Of a stretch of DNA of 64,000 nt, positions 11,901 through 25,874 are shown piece by piece. Position numbers and translations under genes: made by a program. Each line of letters starts with the position of its first letter. Within the stretch, counting starts at the first letter, position 1. The notes beneath the pieces are model-generated. The model was not told the origin of the DNA and did no database searches. It was given only the letters and a program-made list of their open reading frames with translations. Source of the stretch: Tubiluchus corallicola (taxonomy: Eukaryota; Animalia; Priapulida); NCBI GenBank assembly GCA_030141605.1, contig JAQGDQ010000024.1, positions 744,001 to 808,000 of the forward strand. Direction: 5' to 3'.

Positions 11901-14900
11901 TTACGAATGTGATAAATTATCTTGATATCCGAGTTTTACTGCACATATAAGTGATTATTCGTCTAAAACAAACACTTAGTAACTCAAACTCATTTGCATA
12001 GATACATACTCGAATGTACGCTCGTTTAAAACTTGATTAGTTAAAGCAGCTCGCCGTTGTTAATATAAACGGGAAATTTGGCTATAAAGCGCAAAGTAAT
12101 GACCGAGTTTCTCATTTATTTCGGGCAGTTTCGCAGAATTCGGCCGTAAATTTTTTACTTAAGTTTAATTAGAAGATTTTACTGGTTTAATTCGCAATAA
12201 GAAGGAAGAAAATTAGGATTATTAGAACAATTCGAATTTAATGGGTTGGTGACGTTGTGCAACGGCGCTGCTTCGTGCAAAACAAACTGCGCCATTAACA
12301 AAGCACAGTAGATCATTGTCACAATCTATGGTGGACGTTTCAATAGAGTTAAATGACAATATGAAAAAAGTATCCAATCTATTTGATAAATTTGAATATG
12401 TGTACTGCAATACGAGTTCAGCATTCCTGCAAGCTTTCAACAGCAGGACCTACTCCCTACAGATTGTTGCGGTGGTACTGGCATGACTGTGTTGTGAGGC
12501 TGAATTTTGATTTGACATAAAGATTTTTATTCATTAACAAGAATAATGGCTTCCGAATGCTACACTGAAACGTGTTTATCGGCTGACTCTCACTAAAAAA
12601 ACTTGTTCTCACTTTCTTGCGACCTAATTTGACCAAGCTATCTAACAAGAATTAACGACTAGAGTTGAATAGGTGTCAGCCTTGTCATTACATGCCCATG
12701 ATCAGACAAAGTTCTTCAATATAACACATAGCTGGGTTGTTATTCCAGGCTGCAGGCATCGATGAACATTTTCAAAAATCACAAGCTCTTGAAAAAGTGC
12801 TTCAAATGTTCATTATGGAAGTTTGCAATTGCACATCACGGTCAAGAGAAACACCCAGGCAAGACACTCGTGCCTGTCAATGCGCCTGTTCAGTGTTCAT
12901 TTACAAATAATAATTTCGCCCAAAGCAAATTTACACTGCCGTACAACCCCCAGAACAGGAAGATTTACAACCTCAATAGCCTGCAGACTCGGCAGCTCTT
13001 AATAAACTGCGTTAATTAACTTTCTTTCATGGATTAAAAACAGTTAAGTTGAACAGACGAAACGCACAGCGAGAGCTTCGCCTTCGCCAGTGATTTAATT
13101 AAAAATAACGAGATTTATTAATGTGCAACACTCCACTCACATGTGGTTGCATAATTAATTCAAGACGCATACAAAGCCTTAATTAGTGTGATAATTCAAT
13201 GAAATTAAAACTAGTGTTTCCAGCTGATGCTGATGTTTTGTGCACATGACAGGCGATGTTACAATTGAAAAATATTAGAGAGTGTACGTGGCATTTCAAA
13301 CATGACGTCATGTTGATGTTATTGATGTGACTGTAGATCAGCCATCATTATATACCTGAAGTCTAATACTTCTCAATTATTACTACACAACAACAACGTC
13401 GTATACTTTCTCCTCTTACAATTTAAATTCTAGACAATATGTTGAATTAATATGAGTCCACTATGTAAGCTTTGAAAACAAACCTCTCTTGCAGCATGTT
13501 TTATCTCCGAAAGACGTTCAGCGAGGCGTTAAACATGTGCCTCCACCCCCAGTGATGGACTATGCTCAGACTACAGAACCGGATCTAAAATACCTTCAGT
13601 GTGCACAACTGACAATGTCCTCCCTCATCAACGTGTTTTTCATTTTTAGCAAGATAGACCTGCTACGTACATTTTTCAACTAAAGCATGCGTAGCCTATT
13701 CAAATTACACCCTTATGTCCGTCATTTGTACACAAAATAAAGGCACCCAGAAATTTAAATGTATCTTTTGCATCTCTCTGACCACGACCACAGTCTCGAC
13801 GTCATCAACTGAATGCCCCATGTCATGCATACATTTGAAAAAGGAAAAATTGTAAAACCTTTATTACTCGCTCAGATGTATGAGCCGCGAGGATAATTCT
13901 GGTAGGTAAGTCTATACTGTTATTAATGAATAAAAATAGAAAATAATAGCAAAAATTCACAATATGGAACGTACAAAAAATTTTGAAACTCCTATACAGA
14001 CAACCGAATTAATATCTACCAGATCATCTTGAAAGAAGAGATTCATATTTACGGCAAAGGGACGAAGCAAGCATTTAGTCAAGTTTATGACATAAGCGAC
14101 TATCTATGGTAAGCAAATAAGCAGAGCAATTTCTACATTGCTTTTGTTTTACGGCTCAAATTCTGGTTGTAAAAACGGTGACTGCAAAATTACATTTCTC
14201 CTTGCCGTATTCCCTTTGTTCATCTCGGACAGATATAAATTCAAAGCAAGCCAGCATTTTCATTATCTTCACAGTAAAACCTGCATGTCAATAGCTATTA
14301 AAGCCAAAAACCATTTGCATCTAAAACTCGTCTTCATCTGCGGAACGAGAAACTACCTTAGGGGTGGGAAGGTCCGTAAATGACGACGGTGACTGTTTGG
14401 ACAGACCATCTTGTATTGCACCTACTTTACAGAATTCATTTCATTAATTAAGCAGTGTTCCTTACCGATGCTGAAGTAAAGTACGTTCAAGTTAGATGAC
14501 ATTCGTTCCGGAACACCGTCGACAATCCCCCGTACATGGAGAATCCGGAATCAGTCCGCAATGAGAACATTTGTGGATTTGAGAGAAAAACACTAAAATG
14601 TGTATGTAACTAGGAATGAAAACTATGCGTCTTTACTTTGTGCCCATTAACCCATTATAATGCGCCAATATTGAAGATACGGGCTTTGATGCAACAGTAA
14701 TCTATATATATGAAACAGGATTTCTTTTTGCAGAAGATGTAATGATGTTGCGATCTGGGAAGAGAGTCAGGTTTCGCAATACCCATGAAACCGCGTGTTT
14801 TGGGGGAAAAATAATCAAAGTCGTATTTTGCGAACAATTTGGGAGGAAAATAATCAAGTATACTTAATTGTACTTCACGGCCACCATTGCTAGACAAATA

Positions 14901-15445
14901 TTCGATCAACTGTCGTCGCACTAAAGACAGACTTCGCCAGGAATAAATCTAAAATTTTCCGTCGTCTGTTTATCAGTCGCCATCTCTAAGTTAATAGATT
15001 TGAGAAAGTGTTAACAGGTTTTCGGTTAGTTTTACAAACACACGACAGTTCATTATAGGGCTTATCTGCCTGTGCAGCTGTGCTGCTTCATAAGCAGTAA
15101 GTCCCAGGATCTAGACAAACATGAGCAATAATTACACTTCTATCGAATAGTTGCATATTTATTAGATTTTTTTGTCGTCAGTGTAACGCAGAATAGCGGC
15201 AAAACTGTGAAGACAGAGATGGCGCCAAAAAACGGTGTTTAAAACTGATTACACAATGAAAGAAGAAAACACAAACGTTTAAAACTGAACCTGTCATGAA
15301 TTCAAGTTTAAGTTTGCAAGCTCATACAATGGCTGAACCAATCTAGTAGTCAAGACAGATCCTGTTAGTACGATCACGATAGACCGTGTCCTAATTCTTC
15401 CCCAACTGTCTTAATTCAGGCCTAGGAAGGCTAGGTGTGGTGTCT

Positions 15446-15492
15446 GGAAGTCAAGCAGCACTGAGCCTGGTTAATAAATGGATGCGTGACCG
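15446..15492 (+). pseudogene. 5S rRNA-derived fragment (internal control region); 5S pseudogene or SINE3 head
   Basis: GGAAGTCAAGCAGCACTGAGCCTGGTTAATAAATGGATGCGTGACCG aligns ungapped at 35/47 (hand count) to the recalled 5S segment GGAAGCTAAGCAGGGTCGGGCCTGGTTAGTACTTGGATGGGAGACCG. Confidence 0.7.
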
Positions 15493-16449
15493 TCGAAAAA
15501 ACTGCTTCTGGGTGGTTTATTATCTCCTGCACTGCCTTCAGCTATTTCTTATATGAGGGAAATTGTATATACACAACCGAACAAGGTTAAGACGGATTTG
15601 CTCGTTTAATGCCTCGACTTAGAACCATGTCCTGAAAAATTCTGCCTTAAGCATTAAGAATTATTAGCAGGTTTCTCCCACCGTCAATTAGTATTGCGCC
15701 GAATTGAATAAAAAAACTTGATAGTCAACAAAACCAGCTGTCATTTCTGAGAGCTAGTTTACTCACCACTTAACTAAAGCTAACTATTAATAAGCTAGAT
15801 GGTTCCGGATACCATACATGTCCTTATAATATATAATAGGTTTCAGTACTGTGGTTTACGACGGTGGCCTACCGACTTTTCCCTTAAACTGAATTTCCAA
15901 TTTGATTCACATAAATTGTTCTTTTTTGAATTTTCAGTTTTATGTTCGATGACAGTATCGTTAGTGTCATTGACTGACATTGTAACATTGTCAACTAATT
16001 GAATTAAAAATGTTGTGATTACCAATCAGAGCACGAAAGTAACTCCAGTTAGGTTTTTTAACTCCATACCATTTTGGAGGTGTAATCGACTCTTCTATTG
16101 GTTTCTTAAAACATAAAATTTGCCATACTGATACTTTTATATGCTCTAAAATTTTTGCCCATTGGAATGAAATTTTAATGTTCTCTTAACGCATGTCATT
16201 TACGTAAATATTTAACTACTTTTTAATTTTATAAGTTGTAAGTTTAGGTCTTTTAATTAGTTTTATTATTTTCAGTAATTGCATTTTTATGGCCTAAGAC
16301 ATGTAACGTTTATGAGCTAAAATAAATAATAAAATACACACATAATAATAATAAATAATAAGACTGACCAACCACAAGAAATTTGGCCTTATTTGGCACA
16401 ATGCTATCTAAGTTTGGTTGCCTAGATCCTTATATTGTTGAGTAGTAGA

Positions 16450-16870
16450 TGATCTTTGGCTTTGAACCAGCCACTTATAAAAACTATATTACAAATATCT
16501 ATTCCTCAGTTGGTGCTACCAGATGCAGTACCATCCTAGTTCAAGCTCGTTTCTTTACACTTTTTGAGTTGTAATCAGTTTTCGGCGCTTAAATTATCTA
16601 CTCAGGATACGGACTAGCCTGACAAGTCAGAACTTTATCGGAAGGGACTGTGTGGTGTAGTGATTAGGGTACGACATTACTCAAAGCAGTTGTTAAGTTT
16701 CAACGACCACATACAATGGGAAAAGCAAACGAACTTGGAGTCTGAAGGTTAACAATAATTTGAATCTGTCTTTTCTAAAAAAAAATTCTAAACTTCTGAA
16801 ATTTAATCCCAACATGAACGTTTGCGTTTTTGACCTATTGGGAAGGCTGGGTTCAAACCCAAAGCCAGTT
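16450..16870. mobile_element. Scattered degenerate tRNA-SINE-like A/B-box fragments
   Basis: A-box-like TGGTGTAGTGA at 16653-16663 (+), B-box GGTTCAAACCC at 16850-16860 (+), and B-box-like GGTTCAAAGCC near 16458-16470 (-). No cloverleaf. Confidence 0.3.
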
Positions 16871-19800
16871 CTGACTACGTTTTCGTTTCGTTGTGGTTTC
16901 GTTAATGTGGGCACTATGGATTTATTACTTCTGTCGCTGGATGTACAAGATTATAAAACACATTTAGTGCATTTTAAAAACACTAAAGTTTTCACAGTTA
17001 ATTATCCGCTGACACAAGCAAATAGTCAACAACACCGTGAGTACACAAACACTTGTTTGTGTCGGTGGAAGAATTTTAAATACAAGAAGGACTGCTAAGC
17101 TATTAAGATTGAATAAGAAACGTTACTTGATCAAAAGGAAGTGACTAGTGTAAAACGACGACTTTGTAACTCAAACGTAACTGGTTCACGTCCATACTCG
17201 GCTATGATTTTTTCACATCTATTTCTTTGGATCATAATTGGATTTGAAAAAAAAGGAACGAACTGTGGGTTTATTCTGCCGTCAACGCCGAGCTATACAA
17301 CGCTGTACTGTGGTAATAAGGCATCTACACCGCCCAATTCATCGCGAAAATTAATAACGTAATCGGACTCGTTAATCTGTAAAAAACGAGACGAAAAACG
17401 AGATTGAATCGAAACTAGCACTAATTTGCTGATTAAAGAACGTGACAACAGCGGCATGCGGCCAGTAATTAGTTGCATTAAATCTTAGATTTTTATCGAT
17501 TTCTTCATTAGCTGTCTTTAAATATCTCCTTCACACCTTAGAGCACCTGGGGCATTTATAGCTGTGCATGTGTATGATACGATGACGAAGTCACCTTCGC
17601 CACGGTCTGAGCAGGTGAGTTAGGTGCAATTGTACCGTATCCAGAATGTTTGCCAAGGATGCTTTGAAACTTGTAAAGTTTGCACGACAACTTTTCACTA
17701 TCAAAAATAATTGCGGGTGTCCACCATGTCAAACCAACTCTTTACTGGTGCCTACTTTTTTCTCTGACAGGGTCAAACCAGAACTCAACGCCAGTGTACT
17801 CGTTCAAAATTGATATAGTACGTGAAAACGGACGTTCACGATTACACAACCATAAGTATATCCTACCTACTTACCGACCTTCTACCCAATTACTTACTAC
17901 TTTGAAATACATGCACACCAAAACGTGAAAGCAGGTGGCACACATGCACCCTTCAACCTCTTGTTGGAATGGGGTCTAACGTTAAGCTACATGATCAGTT
18001 GTCAATACATGTGAAAAGAAATGATAAAAAAAGGTTAAAACACGTGAAGCAAAAGAAATGTGAACAATGTAAAAAGTAGTACGTCTGAACTTTTCAATTA
18101 ACTTTTTAATCCCTTTAGGCTTGGTTTGCCTCGTACAGCGGATATTTATTTAAATATTGATTAGAGCATTTCAAATCCCCCCAGTTGCCAAGCTGTAATT
18201 GATGCAATTAACTACGATCATCAGCCTTGGTCTAAGTCTATTCACACTGCTGCACACATTAATTTGCAACTAATCATCGCCGCCCGTTTGTTTCGATGCA
18301 AATTCCTTATCTTGATAAATTTGAAATTTGACTAATTGCCGGCCTGTTGTTAGCCGCACAAAAGCTCGCATGACTTGTAGATTAATGCCCCGCTATTAAG
18401 CCGGCTCTGCTGTAATTTTCATTACAACTTATTCTGCCAATCACGTAAAAGCTGGTGATTTATGAAAGAACTAATTACGATGCACACATGCAGACATTAG
18501 CGCTCTCTACAAAGAGCGATGTATTCTGGTTAAAGTCGAGTTAACTTCACTAATTTAATAAACGAGCAGCAATTCACTTTCATTCTCGAGCGGTTGAAAC
18601 AACACAGGAAAATATACATGTACAAGACTGGATCCGCTCTCCGGAAATCAAACAGTTCAATGTGTCAATCGCAAAGACAAAAATTAAAAAGAAAATAAAA
18701 AACCATTCTAAGTCACGTTACTGCTAGGCAATCAGAATAAAATTGACGAAAACGTGATGCAGGTAGCTTAAAAAACTGTTGCTGATCTTGTTGGGCAGTT
18801 CATCCCAGCCAACTGTTGCAGATAACTGTCTCTCCAGTGGCGTGGTTTCTCCAGAAAAATCCTAAACAACCACATCCCTCTGCTCTTATGCACACAGTAA
18901 AAATGGAAGGAAACAAAGCGAGGGAAAACGGCTAAGTTTTATCTGTTAATTTCGATTCAGTGAAGGGCAGGGTTGCCCTTTTTGCCAAGAAGTTCGCCAC
19001 ATATATATGTTGCATGCAGAGAACGGATTCTCCTAACACCTATAAAAAACAAAGGCAAACATACAAACAAATAAATAAACAAACACAAGACGAGGCGCAA
19101 ACACATAAATGTTAATGTTAGTCATTAACAAACTACGTAACCAAGCTTTTGACTGTTGCTGTGTGTAGCTAGTCTTTTGTTTCAAGATATCGTCATCTCG
19201 TCACAAAGCCGCAACCATAACAAACTGAAATGACTAAATATGGATGTTGTAATTTGGGAATAAATTTGAATACATATATTTTCGTTGTAACTAGATCTGG
19301 TCATATCAAGTAGTAGAACCTAAATGTTAGCTACGAAATTTTCAAAATGAGGAAGATACTTGCGAACCTTCTCACCACTTGGCCATAGAAAGTTAATCAG
19401 TATCGTTACGCTAAGGGTAATTCCGCCCCTTCTTCCTATATGCTTTGCTATTCCTATAGGAATTTGTGGTTTTCGAATAGATCGGGTCATTTGCATATTG
19501 CAATCAAGAATCAATCACCAGAATAAATTGGCTAACAATTAAATTAGACTGCAAGTCTGCTTGGGAAAAAAATGAAACCCATTAGCATTCTAAGACATGA
19601 AAAAAGCAACGCATTAAAAAAATAACAGAAATGATCAAAATCAAAACGATAGTCCGCCAATAAATTAGTGAACAATTTGGGAAGAAAGAAATGTTCATTT
19701 TGAGGAAAACAATTCCAATGCAATATTTCTGCACTTACGCAAAACAAATTACTTCATGTTAAAAGCAAATAACTGAAAAAAATTTTGTATGATACAATTT

Positions 19801-21566
19801 CCCGCACTCTTGAGAAATACTGATTTGGCATCCAGTGCAACCTAATGAATAGAAGATCGTAGGCTTCTTGGAAGGGCGTAGCTGAAGCCCTTTGATCATT
19901 ATTTCTATGAACCATGGTAAAAAGTGGGATAGCTGTACGGTTGATATTCATAATTGAAACAATTATCTAACCACGAATGCGATCTTCACAAATTGACTAC
20001 ATCTAACTTGAACTAACGCAGCCATAACTGGCAGGTATCTGCTACCTTAACCCCGCTGACGAAGTGCAAAATGTTTTTTTGTCGATCCACTTGACTCTGA
20101 TTTGTGGTCAACCATCCAATCTCTTGTGCATTGAAGATTTGTTGACATACATTAAATTTCTTATAACTACTTTTACAAAAAGTGATGTCACGATATTCTT
20201 CAAATGATTTTTAAGTGGTGACAGTTCTTGGGTACATTCCTGTTGCCCCAGTTTCTGTTTTACCATGGACATTCTTAGATGCAAGACAGGAATTCCAAAT
20301 CCAACTTTTTACTAATTTGTAGTTTTACTGTTAACTTACAACCCCATATGCTTGAAGAAGAACATCAACTGAATTACCAACAAATGCTCTTTATGTTCAG
20401 CTAATTCACCAAGTTAGACACTGAGCTCTATTTTTCTGAACCTAAGCTCATATTCTTCATTGTCTTATCTTGAAAGATTTCATGAAGTACTTCATGGCTT
20501 TTGTTAAGGGCGATGTGTATGAAAAAATATCATCTCAGAAAATGTTTGACACAACGAAAAATTAATAGACAAGATGAGAAAATTAAAATGCTGTCAACGA
20601 CTTCTATGTTGAAAAAGGACCTACTTCCCGCAGGCATGTATACAAGACTTGCAAATGCATTTTTCAACTATAATCACGCGTTCGTTTAATTAAAAACCAC
20701 CCTTTGAGCGAGTCTCATAACAGACGGGTTTCCGAGGCATGTCGCATTACTAGTCTGGTTTCGTCTTCTTCAGTTTGTCTCATTCGAACCACACATATCT
20801 CATATTACTGTAATAGGCAAGAAAATGTCAGAATTAATAATCTACGATCAGTGCAGAGATGCGGAAAGGATCGTGTTTAGTAAAGGCGTCATGAAGACAT
20901 TCAAAAACCAACATATTTATATGTATTTTCATGGAATCCATTTAGTATAGGTTATTCAATAAAAACATGCTAGATCTAGAAAGGTTCTAGAATTAGTCTA
21001 AAACTACTCTAAAATTATAGCAAAATATACCAGTTAGAAGTTTCTAAATTAGCATGTTGAGGAAAAAGGAATTTAAAATTTTTAGAAACATTAGTGACGA
21101 GTTAAAAATCATTTGCAAAATATGACACTATATAAAAGAATATGAAGTCGGAATACTTTGAATTGTTTTGAGCATATAGACAAGTATAGGTAAGGGAAAA
21201 TTTTAATTTCAAAGAGGAATTACACAACAAAACATTCGTCGCTGCTATATTAACGCTACTTCTGCAGCGTCACACCACCGTCAGGCAAGCGTGCAAGTTT
21301 AGCAACATTACCCAGGCAAACAATCGACATTTGGCGAATAATATGAACCACTATAATTGCGCTGACATTATATAGGACTGTAAAACGCACTCATTAAAAT
21401 CATTAAGTCGGGTTTATATAGTTCAAGTTGAATTCAAACATCGCAATTAGTAACATGTATTACATTACAGCACTCGGCTGCCTCATTGATCTAGCATGTA
21501 AATCTGTCTGGGTCATGCATTTACAATGATGACGGGGAAAGTGTTGCATGGCTTCTGTTGGGTCAA

Positions 21567-21599
21567 GGAGGCTAAGCCAGGAAGATACGGGTTAGCACT
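21567..21599 (+). pseudogene. Second, more diverged 5S-like fragment
   Basis: GGAGGCTAAGCCAGGAAGATACGGGTTAGCACT matches the same 5S segment ungapped at 23/33 (hand count). Confidence 0.35.
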
Positions 21600-21828
21600 G
21601 TATTGAACGAAATTCAGCTCATCAGTAAAGGACTAGTTAAATCAGAGAAGGCTAAATATATTTGGTTTTTTCTTGCTTATAACAATCTTTATATGATAAC
21701 ACTCGTCTTAATTATGCATAGGTTTGGGGAATAGCAAATATTACGTTTATAGTATAATCATACAATATCACAAAGAAAAATGAAATTCAAACCCAAGTGA
21801 GAAAGTGGAATCCAAATTGAGGTCTCAC

Positions 21829-22217
21829 AGGACAGGTTAGGACAATAAGGTAGAATGGAATGTGATGAGGGATAGGACAGGATAAGAAGGGACATGAGGA
21901 CGAAATAGGCTAGGATGAAATAAGATAGGACAGGATAAGATAGAACAGGACAGGACTTAACAAGATAGGATAAGTGTGGATAGGATAGGATAGGATAGGA
22001 TAGGATAGGATAGGATAGGATAGGATAGGATAGGATAGGATAGGATAGGATAGGATAGGATAGGATAGGATAGGAAAGGATAGCATAGGATAGGATAGGA
22101 TAGGATAAGATAGGATAGGATAGGATAGGATAGGATAGGATAGGATAGGATAGGATAGGATAGGATAGGATAGGATAGGATAGGATAGGACAGAACAGGA
22201 CAGGGCAGGATAGGATA
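21829..22217 (+). repeat. (GGATA)n pentanucleotide satellite with degenerate flanks
   Basis: Near-perfect from 21978 to 22190 (about 42 units), with GGACA/AGATA variants on both sides. Confidence 0.97.
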
Positions 22218-24744
22218 AAAGTGTTTATCTTATCTAACACTGATACAGGCAAGACCGAGTTAAAGCTGAAGATAAGACAAATAAGTTTTGACATTTCTGA
22301 TCATAAAATTCTCTACCTTAATTACGTTTACGTATGGGAGTAACCGTTTTTTAGTATAAGCATGTCGCACAGTTGAAAATAAAAATCGAGTGAAAAATCG
22401 GAATCGAAGTTCGACTTACGATCAACCTTTTCTCTAAACTGCTAAAAATATACACATAAATTTGAAGAAGTCAACAGTAGTTGTACGAATTACGGAACTA
22501 GATAGCTGATAAGGTCGTTATGTCTACTTGCAAAATGTCACCCTTTGACAAGTCTGCCATCTTCGCAGCAGGTACGTGGTGGGCCAAAGATTTCTGAGAG
22601 CATTAATTCGCTTTTCTGCGCCCTCTGACTGTTTTATCATAGACAAAGCGAATATATCTAGATAGAGAAGCCAGCAGACACTGTGTACATTACATTACTT
22701 TGCACAATATCATGTTTTATTTTGACAAGGTATTTCCATGTTTGTTCAGTTCGTTTCTGATCAAGTCTGCAACAAACAGTATAAGCTGAAGCCAGACGAG
22801 TACTTAGTAAAGTCTGAATCAATGCATTCATTTGACTAAAACGGCTTTCTTATCTTTGTGCACGTGATAACGTCAGGAAAGTCATTCCGGAACCGTCAAA
22901 GTGTGAGAGAAAAAAATGAAGTAACAAAAAACACAACAGAAAAATTTGAATACAGCTCAGAACAAATACCAAAAGCAGGATTAGAGCAGGATGGTTCAAT
23001 CTTGGCCTTCTAATAAAACAAAGAACAGAAGTTTGGTTAAATAGGAAGCTGCAAATGAGCAGTTGAATAAATTAGGAAGGATGCGCCTGGGGCTAGATAA
23101 AGGCCACTTCACCGTGGAATGTGCTTGCAAAGATTTTCAGGCAATGTCCGGCATTTTTAGGCATTCCAATACCATAATGTTCCAATACATTCATTCCTTT
23201 ACAGATTTGACAGTGCAAGTTTTATTTATAACGAACATTGAGAGATGGAAAGAGGAATCTCTCATTAATTTTGCATCCCTGAATCGACGCCGAAAAAGCG
23301 AACCGCTGGACGGCAACCGACACGCACAAAAAGTCGTCGTGTTTTAATGGATAATCCGTCGCGTCTAGACCAGTTAAAAACTGCTTTGTGTCAGTTTGCA
23401 ATGCTAGCATTTCTTTTTACATAAAGTGCTTCAATCCCCGATTTCATTCGGCATCACGTGATAATCAATTCTAGAGAAGCCACGCACTGCTGAAGGGCCT
23501 GAAGCTGGTATGCACTGAAAATGACAGCAGTATTTCAATACGGAGAAATGTGAGGATAATTAATTCCTATTTTACCAAGAGCCGAGATTGCATAAAATGT
23601 AATTGAGCAAAAAATATGAGCTAAATTATTATTACCACGGTTATTGTTGCTACGGAAACGGGGAATCAAATTAGGAGTTTGCGAAAGAGACTATGGAAGA
23701 GAGAGAGGGGAAGCTCCAGAAATTAAATTAAACAAGGAAGGTGGTGTGTGGGAGTATATTAACATCAACGTGCGCTATAAAGCACGTAAAATGTATATCG
23801 GATATTGTATATGAAGCGATGTTTGTTTCCTTCCTCAAGGAGGCAATCTTGCGCCCATGTTATGTGCACGCCCCAATAAAACTCATTTATAAGATAAACA
23901 CGAATCGTAAATCTTCTCATTTCTTGGCTACCGTAGTCGGACAGAAATCGTGCTTTTCATTTTACACATAATAATTACTGTCTGAAAGTTAAGCAGTCGA
24001 TAATAAGTTTTCCAGTGCACCATATTTCAACGTCTTACAGTCATTAGTCTGATTTACAGACGAACAATTATCTGCGACAAAACAGAACCGCCAGGAAAAA
24101 TAAATACCCGACAACCAATCATCCATTTTTCATCAGTTTAATCTCTGGGTATGAGAGCGTGCATAATTTTAACGCTGATTATGTGAAGCAGCTGCGCTTT
24201 GAGCACGTTTTCCTAGCAGTAATTGCACTAAAAACATTCGAGGACATTAAATTTCAGCCAAAGAAAAGGAAAACTCACGCCCCAGTATTTTTCATAAAAA
24301 AATTAGCGAATCAAGTCAAAGCGTGCAAAACAGCAAAACCAAAAGTTAAATGTTAAGTAAAAAAATCAGAATTTACGTTAGCATGGAAGTAAACACCAGA
24401 TACCAAGGGAGTTGTATCAGATGAAGGAAAACACGTCCGTGTCACCCACTCTGGTATCAGTATTACTCATCATCAAAAAGTGTGAAGCCAAGTAGTTATA
24501 GAGTGGCTTATCCTGGCTCGACGCAGCTATTAAATGCATAAACGCTATTTAGCTAATTCCACTATTTTTTCTCTGTCTTCGTGACACCATTACTCATTGA
24601 GATGAGGAAGAATTTGACAAGGCGCATAACTTCACATTGTCATCTGTCTCGTCTGTAACAGAAGCCAGACGCCATTCTTTTAGTACCTGCCCTGTGATTT
24701 GCCTACTAATGAGAATTACCGCTGACTCATCACATGCAAGTTAA

Positions 24745-24821
24745 CCCTTTCCGCCCCACCCACCGCCATTATTCTTACTGCGAATCACGACGGCTTGGTC
24801 TCCCGAGGGTCGGCAAAAGGG
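24745..24821. mobile_element. 77-bp piggyBac-type non-autonomous relic
   Basis: TTAA-CCCTTT...AAAGGG-TTAA, with TTAA at 24741-24744 and 24822-24825. Ends CCCTTTCCGCCCC and rc CCCTTTTGCCGACCC; CCC...GGG termini inside TTAA are the piggyBac signature. Confidence 0.65.
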
Positions 24822-25484
24822 TTAAACTACACAGGATTTTGATTCGCATGCAAATCTTAGCCTGATTTGTATTGCAGATGAAAAGAGTATTAGTTGTTTT
24901 TGAAGGAAATAGAAGCGCGGACAGCATCGGGAGACCCGAGCGACGGAGATTGATGCTGGACAGATTTACAGGGTCTTAGCAGTCGGTCTGATTAGTAGGA
25001 AATGAAGCCCATTTCAATTCCATGCAAGCATTGTTACAGACAACGTAAATTACGTAATTTAAACAGTTCGAAGCCAGCTGCGCAATGTGGGCTTCTTATG
25101 GAAAAAACAGCAAAATATTTTTCTGACTTCAATAAATTTGTTTAAGTTAAAACATTACAAAAATTTTATTACGGTCTCTTTACGCCTTCGTCTATGTTTA
25201 ACATCCATTAAATGAGAAGAGTAGCACGTTGCATGCGAGCGTAGTAATTTTCCTGGTGAGTGCCGACTGCGCATGGATACGCCCAGATAGTGTCCATTTG
25301 TCTGACACTTTGTAGTACACGTGACGCTGATTGCTAACAAGTTGATGTGATAAACGAGATGTAGCGATAAAGACGCTACGCTTACAAGCACAAAGAGGAG
25401 AAAAAATGGCGAGTTTAAGAAAACTGTAACAAGATAAAGATGATGCAAATTCATACGTATCTTGTAAATGTCACACCTGGGGTA

Positions 25485-25632
25485 AAAGAGAAAGAAGACA
25501 GGAGAGGGACAAGCTGCAGGAGAGATAAAGAAAAAGAGGAAGATTAAAGAGACCAAGAGAGAAATGGACAGAGAGAAGGGGTAGAAGGAGAGGGGAGGGA
25601 GAAAACAGAGTGATAGAGAAAGGGACAGAAAA
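25485..25632 (+). repeat. GA-rich low-complexity tract
   Basis: Strongly purine-biased stretch. Confidence 0.8.
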
Positions 25633-25764
25633 GTGGTTGGCTATTTTTGATTTAACGCTTTATTTCGAATCAAATGCATAGTCACGCACAAATAAAAAAA
25701 AAACTTACACCACAATTACATGATATTTACAACATTACATACTATATACACAAAAAATAAAAAT

Positions 25765-25768
<4 letters not shown>

Positions 25769-25845
<77 letters not shown>

Positions 25846-25874
25846 GAAAGCGAGGGAGAGAGGAAGAGAGAAAG
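25769..25874 (+). repeat. (AG)n microsatellite
   Basis: Perfect to about 25835, degenerate after that. Confidence 0.97.

Noticed and set aside
13876-13905. Plus-strand 30-nt segment bounded by ctcag| and |gtaagt
   Set aside because: Isolated, with no partner exons; a few AGGTAAGT matches are expected by chance in 64 kb.
21758-22294. ILSYP-repeat ORF, or a CRISPR-like array
   Set aside because: Pure (GGATA)n satellite with no spacers.
24399-24458. GATACCA...TGGTATC hairpin as a pre-miRNA
   Set aside because: Too many mismatches beyond the 7-bp basal stem and no known mature sequence recognised.
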